NCBI GenBank assembly: GCA_963716985.1 | Contig: OY970323.1 | Coordinates: forward strand, 1,856,001 to 1,920,000 | Source of the DNA: an uncultured bacterium | GTDB lineage: Bacteria; Chlamydiota; Chlamydiia; Chlamydiales; SM23-39 | DNA length: 64,000 nucleotides | Direction of reading: 5' to 3' | Part shown: in pieces, positions 20,601-30,289 of the stretch | How positions within the stretch are numbered: the first letter of the stretch is position 1 | Layout of the letters: each line of letters opens with the position of its first letter | Position numbers and translations under genes: made by a program | The notes under the pieces: model-generated | What the model was told of the DNA's origin: nothing | Database searches by the model: none | Seen by the model: the letters and a program-made list of their open reading frames with translations, nothing else

Positions 20601-21692
20601 TTAAGTTTTTTCGGTTTTAGCGATTGGATGAAGAGAACGACCTAGCTCAGCTTCGATTTCTTCGACAGTGGGGAGGGTTCCCTTGAGATTGTCTGGGAGT
20701 GCTTTGGCAAGTTGCGTTTCAAAGTTGGCGACGGTAATCGGTGAGGAATTATTGCGGAGAGCATACTCAACGATTAGATTGTCTTTGCCTTTGCAAAGGA
20801 TAAGGCCGATGGTGGGGTTGTCGCCAGGTTGCCGCATTTTGTCGTCGATGGCTGCCAAATAGAAGTTGGTTTGCCCAGCGAAGTCTGGCTTGAATTTTAC
20901 TGCTTTCAATTCAATCAAAAAATAGCAATGGAGCTTTATGTGATAGAAGAGGAGGTCAAGATAGTAATCTTCATCGCCGACGTGTAATGGAACCTGCCTG
21001 CCGACAAAAGCGAAGCCATTGCCGAGTTCCAACAGAAATTTTTGCAGATGATTCATAAGACCATCTTCGATCTCTTTTTCGCGGGCTTGATCAATTGAAG
21101 TCAGGAAATCGAAGCAATAGGGATCTTTGACGATTTGTTTGGCGAGATCAGAATAGGGAGCGGGGAGGGTTTTTTGGAAATTGTTCGGAGCTTTTCCCTG
21201 CCGATGGTAAAGCCCTGTTTCAATCCACATTTCTAAGACGGCGCGGCTGCATCCATTTTCGATTGCTTTGCGAGCGTACCATTCGATTTCAGCTAAATTT
21301 TTTACTTTCTCAAAAAGAATGACGTTATGCCACCAGGGGATATTGAGACAAAAATCGGGTGGAATTTCAAATTGTCGCGCAGCTTGCGCGACTTTTGCAT
21401 ACGTTTGGTAAAAAGACTTCATCCTAAATACATTGGATCTCGAAAACCCCTTTAGTCCAGGAAAGTTAGCCTGGATGTCTTTGCAGAGCCGGTCGATCAC
21501 TTGGCTGCCCCAACCTTCGATCTCCTGCCGTTTTACGATCTCAGAGCCGATCCACCAGTGAAGTTTAATCAGTTCTTGGTTGACCGACATCGCCGCCTTG
21601 ATCTGCGACTCGCGGATGCGGGTCTTGATGTTTTCAAGCAGCATAGGGTAGCTTTCTGGCAAAACGAGTGGAATGGTGGTTTGTTGGTTCAT
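20601..21692 (-). CDS. YhcG/DUF1016 family PDDEXK nuclease-domain protein
   Basis: VNQELI..W.IG, KDPYCFDFL, FLLELGNGFAFVGRQ, DLLFYH, IELK. Confidence 0.93.
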   Translation of the reverse strand: MNQQTTIPLVLPESYPMLLENIKTRIRESQIKAAMSVNQELIKLHWWIGSEIVKRQEIEGWGSQVIDRLCKDIQANFPGLKGFSRSNVFRMKSFYQTYAKVAQAARQFEIPPDFCLNIPWWHNVILFEKVKNLAEIEWYARKAIENGCSRAVLEMWIETGLYHRQGKAPNNFQKTLPAPYSDLAKQIVKDPYCFDFLTSIDQAREKEIEDGLMNHLQKFLLELGNGFAFVGRQVPLHVGDEDYYLDLLFYHIKLHCYFLIELKAVKFKPDFAGQTNFYLAAIDDKMRQPGDNPTIGLILCKGKDNLIVEYALRNNSSPITVANFETQLAKALPDNLKGTLPTVEEIEAELGRSLHPIAKTEKT

Positions 21693-21699
21693 GGAGACT

Positions 21700-22014
21700 C
21701 TATTGTTTTAGTTTTTCAGCGACATAGGAATTCAAGCTCAAGCCTAGCGATTTGGCTTGGATGGACAGCTTTGCGTGAAGCTCAGGAGGAATTCTAAGGT
21801 TGAAGGTGCCGGAGAAGGTTTTTCCGGGCTGTTCACCTTTTTCGCTGCACCAAGTTAGGTAATCCTCGACGGAATCCCTAAAGGCTTTCTCCAGCTCTTC
21901 GACACTTTTTCCTTGGAAGGTAATGACGTCCTTGAGTCCGACAATTTCCCCATGAAATATTTTGGCTTCGTCGTCGTACTCAACGCAGCCCAGAAAGCCT
22001 TTATATTTCATCAT
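21700..22014 (-). CDS. hicB: HicB-family antitoxin (no adjacent hicA)
   Basis: YKGF.G.VEYD..FHG, FSGTFNLRIPPELH, SLNSYV (RHH). Confidence 0.9.
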   Translation of the reverse strand: MMKYKGFLGCVEYDDEAKIFHGEIVGLKDVITFQGKSVEELEKAFRDSVEDYLTWCSEKGEQPGKTFSGTFNLRIPPELHAKLSIQAKSLGLSLNSYVAEKLKQ

Positions 22015-23782
22015 GACTTGATTTCCGTTTTTTTCTAAACATCAGATGGACAAGGAGTAAATCATGGATCAATGAGCAGTCCTTTTCGATCTTTTCTGCC
22101 GCATTTCTGATGTACTCTTTTGATTTTTCCTTGGATTCTGGGGGATTGGGAAGAAAGTGCGCATTAAACAGCTGATTTGGCAGCTCACTTGTGTATTTTT
22201 CTAGTTCTTTCAGTTTTTTATCAATTTGAGAATCTGACAAACGTTTTGTGCGATATACTATCTCGTGGAGGATTTTTATAACACCCATTCCTAATTTACA
22301 GTAATTATGAACTTCGTACTTGTCATTGTTGATGCGTTCTATGGCTATTCGTTTAATTTCGTCCAGTTGGTAGCTTAAGCCGCCTGCTTTTCCATGCCAT
22401 TTTTTGCCCGTCTCTTGTGATTTTTTCTGGGTCTCGGCAATTCCACCTTATCTAATAACCATGTGAACAGATCTCGAGGTTTTTGTTCGAAAAACCTTTC
22501 TGCCGCAGTAGTGCCATCCGCTCGTCGTATAAAAAAATTGTGCAACACTGTTAAGACCGTGAGTGTATGTGCAGTCAATCGCCGAAATGCATGGAATTTT
22601 AATGACAACTGGCCATTTCTACCCTCCACACATGAGCTCGATCGTTGAAAAATTTGGGCGCATTCCAAGGCTCTACGCCACCATTCTACCTGCATAGAGC
22701 AATTTATTCCGCCCCATAACAGATTCTGTTTGAGGCCTTCTTCCAATTTGCGTAAAGTTGTCTTTATCGCTTCTTTTCGGACCTTCTTTTTAGTTCTTTG
22801 CAAACAGAGCTTTAAGTACTCTATCGCAACAAGCTTCTCGAATAACTGCCCATGCCACTCATCTAGTCCCATAGACTTGATTTGGACTGCAAGGAAGGAA
22901 AAGAAAAAACACAGCACGGCAATCATAGAGAGCAGCGATCCCTTGGATTTTTCCAGTTTTTTCTTTTGCTTGTCTGTGCAATCAGCCTCTTTGGCTACAG
23001 TTTCAAGCGTCTCGTAGGCAGTCTCAATCTTCGCTTTAACCTCCTCTGGAGCCTGCTTATCTCCTGTATCTAAACTGAAGGGATGATAAGCATGAGTGAT
23101 GGCTCGTCTTGCTTCCTGAGCCATTCTATACTGCTTTTCGGTTGCCTCTATTTTCTTGCGATTCGCTTTTTCCTCTTTTTCTATTTCAAGAAGCCGATTT
23201 CCCACATTTATCCCTCTCTTAGATAGCTCTTCAACCCCACCTGCACGTTTCAACTGATCTCCAAATTTATTCAACGCTTCAAGTTTTTCTTTTTGCAAAT
23301 CCTCTTGTTGCTTCTTCACTTGCTGGACAGTTCTTGCCAAGTGGCTTGTAAGTCCCTTGGTGATCTCTTGTTGGACATGAAAAAGATCCGAGCCCTTTAT
23401 GACGTTCAGTGAATGGGTGGCAAGTTTTTTGAGTCCTGATGCCTCATCTCCCACTAACTGATATAAAGTGACATTCAATCCCTTGAGAGCAGATTGCGTG
23501 ACCTTATGCCAGGTCTCAGCATCTCTTTGTTCTTCAAGCTGCTCTGCTAAAATATAGCCAGAGATCGGCTCCATCAAGATGAGAGTCATATCATCCATTA
23601 TAAAGTTTTCATCAAGAGCTCCTGGGATGTTTTTATGTGGCATTTGTTTTGCAAGCCTTTCGAACTCTTCCTTCCCAAATACTGCCACCTGTTGGCCGAG
23701 CGTCTGTAACCGTCTAATCTACCCATCTTTTTCCTATTTCTGAGTCATGGCACTCTTTGTCTTTTTAAACCAAGGAGTCTCT

Positions 23783-24091
23783 ATGTTCGAACCTATTTCA
23801 TCAGAAAAACTAGCCGAATGGACAGAAAACATTCGCCAACAAAGAAACAGCGGTCTTAATGCTACAAGCTGGTGTCGAAAACATCAAATTGCTCATAGTA
23901 CATTTGTTTATTGGAAAGATTGCCTTTCCTCAAAAACTTCGATACGCCGATCGTCTTGCAAGAAACCTAATGCACCTACGACACCCGGAGTCTCCATCGA
24001 ATATCGGGGCGTTCGCATTCATCTCGATGAATGCTTCGATCTTGCCATCTTGAAAAATTGCTTATCAGCACTGCGAAAAACCCAATGTTAG
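23783..24091 (+). CDS. tnpA: Second, convergent IS66 TnpA-like protein
   Basis: W..IRQQRNSGL..WCRKHQI..TFVYW; clear paralog of 26082-26396. Confidence 0.8.
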   Translation: MFEPISSEKLAEWTENIRQQRNSGLNATSWCRKHQIAHSTFVYWKDCLSSKTSIRRSSCKKPNAPTTPGVSIEYRGVRIHLDECFDLAILKNCLSALRKTQC

Positions 24092-24153
24092 TAGTTGTGA
24101 AAAGCCAGGATCGAAAAGATGAATAGAGCCAATAGCTGATCATTGAAGATCAG

Positions 24154-25692
24154 CTATTGCTTTTTCGACTGTTGACGAGCGGCAAACCATCGATCAGGCA
24201 AGAGTTCCTCGAGCTTCTGAGCGGCGTGCCCCATCAGTCTCCGGAACACATCTTCTAGATATTCTCTTGGATTTATCTGCAACCCTCGGCAAGTTTGTAC
24301 TAATGAGAGTAAAATTGCAGCGGCTTCGCCGCCATCTTCACTCCCGAAAAAGAGCCAGTTTTTTCGGCCAATAGCGAGAGGACGAACGGCCCTTTCGGCT
24401 ACATTATTATCAAGACGAGCAAAAGCGTGCTTGGTGTAATTTTTTAAATAGGGAATCAGGCCGCAAAAATACCCAAGCGCCTCGCGAAATTTTGATTTGG
24501 GCAAGAGCTTCCCGTCCATAAGTCGTGTTTTGATCTTCTCGATCAACTCATCGATAATTGGAATTTCTTTTTCTTGGCGGATCTGCAGGCGCTCTTCAGA
24601 TGTCCGGGCCCAGGCGACTTTCTCCAACATGAAGAGATATCGGATTTTTCGAAGAACCCAATCGCGAAATGGTAAATCTCCCGATTCAGCATCGAAGAAT
24701 TTTCTTCGAATATGGCTCCAACAAGGACACCATGTGATCACCTTCTTCTCGGCCAACCGTTGGTAGGCGCCATATTTATCTGAGTGCAAAAACCCGCGAT
24801 ATCCCTGAAGAATATCGAGGACGTTCTCATGACGGCGGTTCGTTCGAAAATCATAGACCCTGTAGGCAGGATTTGAAGAGATTCCTCCGACAATCACCCA
24901 CATATAGGCTGTATCGCACTGGTCTTTTGCTTGTAATTTGACTGGGCTTTCATCGATGAAAACATTTTCGCTCTCAAGAATCTGGCAAACCATGACTTCA
25001 TAGAGGGGTTTGAGAGCCATACCGCAGCGAATCACCCATTGGGAGAGAAGCTTACGGCTGATGCCAACCCCTTGACGACCCAGTATTTCGGTGATGCGAT
25101 ACAGAGGGAGATGATCAACGAATTTTTGGGTAACAATTTCTGCGAGAAGACTGTCATCAGCTTGGCATTTAGAGAGGATGCTGTCGGGTAACAAGGCTGT
25201 CAGAACGCCGTCTTCAGGTTTTTGAGGATGGGCATATTTGGGACGGATGGTTTCTTTGATATAATAGCTCCCCGGCTCGTGAGCTAATTTGTGAGTAACC
25301 TCTTCACCGATCTTGACGAGAGGAGTTCCTGTTTCCTGACAGACTTTTTGCTCTTCGGGAACATCGAGAACAATGGTTTTAACGGGAAGGTTGGGATCCA
25401 AAGTGATCGCATCTTGGCCATTGCGCTTAGGTTTACGACGTTGATGAGCAGGGACTGTTTGAGTTTCTTCTTTGCTCTGCAGATCTTTTGCATCGAGACC
25501 TTCAAGCAGTAGCTGTTCTCCATTGAGATCTGAGATAATGCGCTCTGATTTTTTACCGAAGATTTGGCGCTTGAACCAGTCGAGTTGTTGTGTGAGATAA
25601 GCCACTGTATTGTGTAAATCGAGATTTTCAACTCGCAGAATTTCGATCTGGTTTTGAAGTTGTGCAGGATCTAGAATTTGTGTTGTTTTCAT
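24154..25692 (-). CDS. tnpC: IS66 transposase TnpC
   Basis: FGKKSE, HLPLYR, DES, SDKYGAY, CWSHIRRKF, DNNVAERAVRPLAIGRKNWLF. Confidence 0.97.
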   Translation of the reverse strand: MKTTQILDPAQLQNQIEILRVENLDLHNTVAYLTQQLDWFKRQIFGKKSERIISDLNGEQLLLEGLDAKDLQSKEETQTVPAHQRRKPKRNGQDAITLDPNLPVKTIVLDVPEEQKVCQETGTPLVKIGEEVTHKLAHEPGSYYIKETIRPKYAHPQKPEDGVLTALLPDSILSKCQADDSLLAEIVTQKFVDHLPLYRITEILGRQGVGISRKLLSQWVIRCGMALKPLYEVMVCQILESENVFIDESPVKLQAKDQCDTAYMWVIVGGISSNPAYRVYDFRTNRRHENVLDILQGYRGFLHSDKYGAYQRLAEKKVITWCPCWSHIRRKFFDAESGDLPFRDWVLRKIRYLFMLEKVAWARTSEERLQIRQEKEIPIIDELIEKIKTRLMDGKLLPKSKFREALGYFCGLIPYLKNYTKHAFARLDNNVAERAVRPLAIGRKNWLFFGSEDGGEAAAILLSLVQTCRGLQINPREYLEDVFRRLMGHAAQKLEELLPDRWFAARQQSKKQ

Positions 25693-25758
25693 AGAGAAAA
25701 TGATAGCAAAAACCCTTTAAAAAAAGAAGAGAAAAATGCACGAAAAGTCGAATTATTT

Positions 25759-26088
25759 TCATAGAGAAAACCGAGGTTGTAATCGTTTGGGAACGACCCC
25801 TTCCAAAAGCATCAAAAATTCACGTCTTGGCAGCGTTGATGTCATTCCTTCCCGAGGAATAAAAGAACCTTTTTCCAAGCGCTTATAAAAAATGACAAAC
25901 CCATCACCATCCCAGTAGAGAACCTTCATATGATCCTTGCGTCGGCTTAGAAAAATAAAAAGAGCTCCGGACAAGAGCTCTCCGGGGAACAATTGTTCGA
26001 CGAGAATGCTCAGACCTTCAAAGCTCTTGCGCATACTGACAGGCGCGCGACACAAAAACAGGCGGGTGTTTGCAGGCAGACTTAGCAT
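25759..26088 (-). CDS. tnpB: IS66 accessory protein TnpB
   Basis: MRKSFEGL, KVLYWDGDGF..YKRLEKG. Confidence 0.95.
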   Translation of the reverse strand: MLSLPANTRLFLCRAPVSMRKSFEGLSILVEQLFPGELLSGALFIFLSRRKDHMKVLYWDGDGFVIFYKRLEKGSFIPREGMTSTLPRREFLMLLEGVVPKRLQPRFSL

Positions 26089-26396
26089 GGCAGTGCCTTG
26101 AGAACTTGTAGACATTGAGCCAAAACGACTGGGTCGAATGATTTTAATAGAACAACTTTCATTCCCTGACATTCGATAGCAACGCCTGGGTCCGTCTTAG
26201 TTTCTTCATAGAGCTCTTGAAAAGAGTCGCGTGTTATCTGAGATTTTTCAGGGAAGCGCTTATCCCAATACAGGAAAGAATTGTAATTTACCTGCTGCTC
26301 ACGACACCAACGCGCCATGCTTAATCCGCTAATGCGTTGCGTCTGCACTTTTTCTTGCCAGATGCGTCTTTTTTCTTCTGGGAACGGTCTTGGCAT
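26082..26396 (-). CDS. tnpA: IS66 accessory protein TnpA
   Basis: W..SGLSMARWCREQQV..F.YW; overlaps tnpB start. Confidence 0.9.
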   Translation of the reverse strand: MPRPFPEEKRRIWQEKVQTQRISGLSMARWCREQQVNYNSFLYWDKRFPEKSQITRDSFQELYEETKTDPGVAIECQGMKVVLLKSFDPVVLAQCLQVLKALPC

Positions 26397-26455
26397 AACA
26401 CTCCTTTGGTTAAGAAAAACCAGAGTGCCATGACGAAGGAAAACAAAAAAGATGG

Positions 26456-26557
26456 CTAGTGCTCTGTCACCCTTTAATTTTAGGATAAATTGACTTGAGT
26501 TTATGCCGACCGTTGCCAAACTTATAATCCTAAATTTTAACTATGACAGAGCACTAG
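26456..26557. mobile_element. MITE type 1 (98-bp unit, CTAG-flanked) inserted in the IS66 left end
   Basis: TIR CTAGTGCTCTGTCA; near-identical copies at 38588-38787; removal restores AATCTAGCCATC, matching the other IS66 end AATCTACCCATC. Confidence 0.9.
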
Positions 26558-27540
26558 ATTAGACGCTTACGAGCGTCTTGCAAACCTTCTGCAATGCAGA
26601 CTCAGAGGTCCCTACAAATGTGTTTATATCAACTCTTTCAAAAAAATCATGGAGCTCTGGAATACCGCTATTTCCATTCAGATGGAAATGCATACAAGTG
26701 GCTAAAACCATATTATGCAACCAGGTTTGTCCGGAGGGAGATTCGAAAAAATGTACGACAGCCGGATCTCGCCTTCCATTAAGTGCTTTCTTCCGATCGA
26801 TCCAGTGTTGCAAGGAAGTTCTGGGAATGTTATATTTTTTAGCTAGATTGCGCTGAGATAGGCCTCTTGCTTCATCTATAACCTTAGCCTGCGTGGATCG
26901 ACCGATGATGCAATATTTTCTGGGCTTTTTTGCTTCCGTTTGACATGCTGTTTCCATAAGGCTTGCTCTTTCTTTATTTTTTTGTCCAAAAAAATTTTAC
27001 TGAGCAAGTCCTTTTTATTTAAATATTTAAATGTCAGTTTCTGGAGAAATCAAGCTTGTGGGGAATCTCGGCAGAATCCTAGATAGCGTTCAACAGAAAA
27101 GAATCCCAAGAGACGGGCAAAAAATAGCATGGAAAAGCAAGCGGCTTAAGCTACCAACTGGACGAAATTAAACGAATAGCCCGTTCTATGAACTCTTTTT
27201 GTTGTTCTTCAGAAAGAGCGGCTTGTTTTGTAACGTTGCCTTCAGAATGCCTACTATATACAATAAAGCTATCGGCAAACTTCAACCAATTTTTAATTTC
27301 GTCCAAGAATACATACAAGTTGTTCAAAGCATATTCGGCTATCTCGCTCTTTTTTTCTGCTCTTTTTTGCAATACCCATGTAAAGGCTAATAGCAGAAGT
27401 AACATAGTTCCTATTCCTGAAAGGAATGATCCAAAGTTGCAGGCGTCGTCACCGCACATCCATGTCCAGGCTGAAGCTAGACAAGAGTAAACAACATCAA
27501 TCACGCGTATGGCGCTGTTTAGGCACATTCTTCTTTCATC

Positions 27541-28113
27541 CTATGGTTTCAGTGAACGTAGAACCTTTCTTTCAAGGATCACGACTGCTTCCTTTGCCCG
27601 CTGGGTAAAGTCCTCCAAGCCGCGATTCCGCTCTATGCAGATAGCTCCTTCAATGATATCGTCTTCCGCCAGAGGTTTGCGTTTAAAAGTATGAGGATCG
27701 ATTTCTCTGCCAGAAGCTTCCCCGCTCAGTTCGATCACGAGTTCAGCAAAGCTGCCATGAGCCGCCTTGTTCCTCGGCGGACGACAGCTTCTTATCTTGT
27801 CCTGCTCGGCAGAATCAAGCAAACCTTGGAAAACTTCTAGCACAGCTTCGATCAGATCTCTGAGAGGAGCTTGATGATAACGTACCTTGGTGTGATTTTG
27901 TAGCGCGACCCGCACTTTGGGTTCCCACTGGGCGATGATGCGCAAACGCAGCTCTAACGCAGTGGCTGCGCCCGCAGCTGCATCTATTTTCGATTGGATG
28001 TTGTTGAGAGTACAAAGTAAGCCTTCAATAGGAACGGGCATCGTCACATTCATTTTCATTTGAGTGTTTGGTTGGGTCGTGTTGCTCATTGATTTCCTCT
28101 TTTTAAAAGCCAA
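27541..28113 (-). CDS. Hypothetical protein
   Basis: 190-aa ORF co-oriented with neighbours; RNKAAHG motif (Rx4H, HEPN-like spacing); start uncertain. Confidence 0.6.
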   Translation of the reverse strand: MAFKKRKSMSNTTQPNTQMKMNVTMPVPIEGLLCTLNNIQSKIDAAAGAATALELRLRIIAQWEPKVRVALQNHTKVRYHQAPLRDLIEAVLEVFQGLLDSAEQDKIRSCRPPRNKAAHGSFAELVIELSGEASGREIDPHTFKRKPLAEDDIIEGAICIERNRGLEDFTQRAKEAVVILERKVLRSLKP

Positions 28114-28140
28114 TACGGTACCAAAAATCGGTACTATTCG

Positions 28141-28440
28141 TCAAGCGGTTTTAAAGAGGGGGGTGGTATGAATCTGTTCAGACCGAAGTATCCTCTCCGA
28201 AATTCCCTTACTGAACCTCTTTGTCACCTGTGCATCGAGGTGCGTGTAGCATTGGAGCATTTGGAGCGTGCGGTGCCCCATGGCGGTTGCCAGCTCCAAG
28301 TTAGAGGCGCCTTGCGCGGCAGCAAGCATCGCAAAGGTGTGGCGCATGTCGTGCGCGTGGCTGTCAGTTATTCCAGCTTTACGAAGTACAGTTTGCCAAG
28401 CTTTTTTGATATCAAATTGGTAAAGAAGATTATTAATCAT
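28141..28440 (-). pseudogene. C-terminal fragment of a tyrosine integrase
   Basis: HDMRHTFA..MGHRTLQMLQCYTH (box II H-x-x-R, H, Y); N-terminal part absent. Confidence 0.85.
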
Positions 28441-28618
28441 GGATAAGGAGATGTGTATTTTCGATGACCGTGGCAAGACTCGAATAGGGGATAAACTGGA
28501 CGACAATACTCAACATCTTGTGTTGTGTATGTTTTGTGGCAGTTCGATATTTAAGTGGAATTTAATTCTTTCATTGTATACCTTGTCAAGGTATATGTTT
28601 TTATAGGGCTGTATTGAA

Positions 28619-28906
28619 ATGGTCATACGTTCCTTTAAAGATGAAGATATCGAAGTTTTCTTTAGAAGGGGAATCCAGCCAAGAAAAAAGGGATGGGCAA
28701 GCGCTTATAAGATTGCCAAGAGAAAACTCGACATGTTGGATTACGCTAAAGAGCTAAAAGATTTACGCAGTCCTCCGGGAAATCATCTCGAAAGTCTTTT
28801 CGGTGATCTACAGGGATATTATAGTATCCGGATCAATGACCAATGGCGAATTGTCTTTGGGTGGGATCAGCAGCCATACGATGTGTGTATTGTAGATTAT
28901 CATTGA
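28619..28906 (+). CDS. higB: HigB (RelE/ParE-fold) toxin
   Basis: MVIRSF, DLRSPPGNHLE.L.GD..YSIRINDQWRIVF, DYH end. Confidence 0.95.
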   Translation: MVIRSFKDEDIEVFFRRGIQPRKKGWASAYKIAKRKLDMLDYAKELKDLRSPPGNHLESLFGDLQGYYSIRINDQWRIVFGWDQQPYDVCIVDYH

Positions 28907-28925
28907 CAACTTAGGGATAGGTCTT

Positions 28926-29228
28926 ATGAAAAGAAAACCAACGTCTCCCGGAGAAATTCTTAATGAGGAATTTCTAAAGCCTCTGGGAATCACCCAAAAA
29001 GAACTTGCGGATCATCTTGGCTGTGATTACAAGGTCATTAATCGCATCATCAATGAAAGGGCACGGCTTACTCCCGAGATGGCGATCAAATTTGCGAAAG
29101 CTTTTGATACAACACCTGATTTTTGGCTGAACGGACAAATGACATTAGATTTGTGGTCTTTGCGTGCTCGCAAGCCCAAAATTCGTTCTCTCATTCGAAG
29201 AAAGCGGCGGTCGAAAGTTCCTAATTAA
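28926..29228 (+). CDS. higA: HigA antitoxin
   Basis: PGEIL.EEFLKPLGITQ..LA, TPEMA, FWLN.Q. Confidence 0.95.
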   Translation: MKRKPTSPGEILNEEFLKPLGITQKELADHLGCDYKVINRIINERARLTPEMAIKFAKAFDTTPDFWLNGQMTLDLWSLRARKPKIRSLIRRKRRSKVPN

Positions 29229-29276
29229 AAGTTTTATGCTCATACTTCACAGCCATCTGCAACGAGGTTGCTCGGT

Positions 29277-30281
29277 TCAGAAATCAAACCGTAGATCAAG
29301 AGTAAGACCTTGTAATACTAAGTCGTTGTTATGTCCGCCGGTGGAGTCATCAAAGACTTGGTATTGATTGAGCCAATCTTCTATTTCGTACCCCAATTTC
29401 ATGCCGAAGTGAGATGGGTCAGCGTCGAAATTGAAATCCCATCCAAATCCTACGAATCCGCGAAGCATGAAAGATCCAAAATTTCTATCTCCCACCTTCG
29501 TATAGGCGGTGACGAAAAAATTATCCTGAAACTTGTCTCTAATTGTCCAATTCCCCCACATGAAAGCGCTGGAGAAATCGCCAAAAAGGCTAAAGGAATG
29601 GATGCCAAGGCTTCCTAACTCCCATTTCCCATTCACGCCTCCTTTAAAGCCGGCCCCTCTAAAATTGTTTTTCAAATTTTCCGTAGCCAAAAACGTAAAC
29701 AAAATCTCAGGTTTTTGCCATTTACTATGAATCACTTGATCGATCCAGCCTCCCTTAAAGCCCACAAATGGGCGCAGGGATAAAGCACTGCCTACCCAAA
29801 ACTTACGTCCTAAATCCCAATCGAACATGTTGTAATGAAGTTTCAAATTAATTTCTGCTGTCTGATAGGGGCCTGTGAGACTTACTTTAGAACCCAGAAA
29901 TGCTGAAGTAACGACTCCGCTGGCATGATCGCTTGTCCGTGCAGTAAACATTGTATAGAAGAGCTGCGAATCCCATTCATCGTAGCCCATGTTATAACCA
30001 ATCCCGATGCGAAACCCTGTGGACCAGTTAAAAGAGAGAGTTTTGAAAGAGATCTTTTCCACATTCTGTGTGATAGAAGTCGTCGACGCCCAATCGATTG
30101 TTTCTGTTGTATGCCAATAGAGAGCATTGCCAAAAATATCGACATTTCTGACCTTCTTTTGCGGCCTTGCAGATGAGTTTTGTACGCGACTTTCTTGCGT
30201 CTGTTCCGCTGGTTCATAAGCATGGATCTTTTCGCTGAAAGCAACTATAAGAGCGACAAAAAATAGAAAAATGTTTTTCAT
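29277..30281 (-). CDS. Lpg1974/MOMP-like outer membrane porin
   Basis: Signal peptide, GFRIGIG, DWDLGR, LRPFVG.KGGWI, GYE..W, LQGLTLDLRFDF end. Confidence 0.85.
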   Translation of the reverse strand: MKNIFLFFVALIVAFSEKIHAYEPAEQTQESRVQNSSARPQKKVRNVDIFGNALYWHTTETIDWASTTSITQNVEKISFKTLSFNWSTGFRIGIGYNMGYDEWDSQLFYTMFTARTSDHASGVVTSAFLGSKVSLTGPYQTAEINLKLHYNMFDWDLGRKFWVGSALSLRPFVGFKGGWIDQVIHSKWQKPEILFTFLATENLKNNFRGAGFKGGVNGKWELGSLGIHSFSLFGDFSSAFMWGNWTIRDKFQDNFFVTAYTKVGDRNFGSFMLRGFVGFGWDFNFDADPSHFGMKLGYEIEDWLNQYQVFDDSTGGHNNDLVLQGLTLDLRFDF

Positions 30282-30289
30282 TTGTTATC

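Larger units (their letters stand above)
23706..26570 (-). mobile_element. IS66-family element
   Basis: Ends GTAAGCGTCTAATC / GTAACCGTCTAATC; 8-bp TSD GAGCGTCT at 23698-23705 and 26571-26578; tnpA-B-C. Confidence 0.95.
22375..26957 (-). pseudogene. DUF6399-like DDE transposase (569 aa when restored) interrupted by IS66
   Basis: N-part 26957-26571 (HTH) joins C-part in frame as QKVCKTL|GQQVAVFGK; motifs LDE, VGDEA, DLFH, RSSSCVEGRNG, DGTTAAERFF. Confidence 0.8.
22343..27181 (-). mobile_element. IS with about 87-bp TIRs and 8-bp TSD, encoding a DUF6399-like transposase; carries a nested IS66
   Basis: TIR GGCTATTCGTTTAATTTCGTCCAGTTGGTAGCTTAAGCCGC.. (first 41 bp identical); TSD CGTTCTAT at 22335-22342 and 27182-27189. 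Confidence 0.92.
22001..27528 (-). pseudogene. Hypothetical membrane-anchored protein split by the nested IS
   Basis: Removing 22343-27181 and one TSD joins ..QQKEFIER|INNDKYEVHNYCKLGMGVIK.. in frame (226 aa). Confidence 0.85.
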
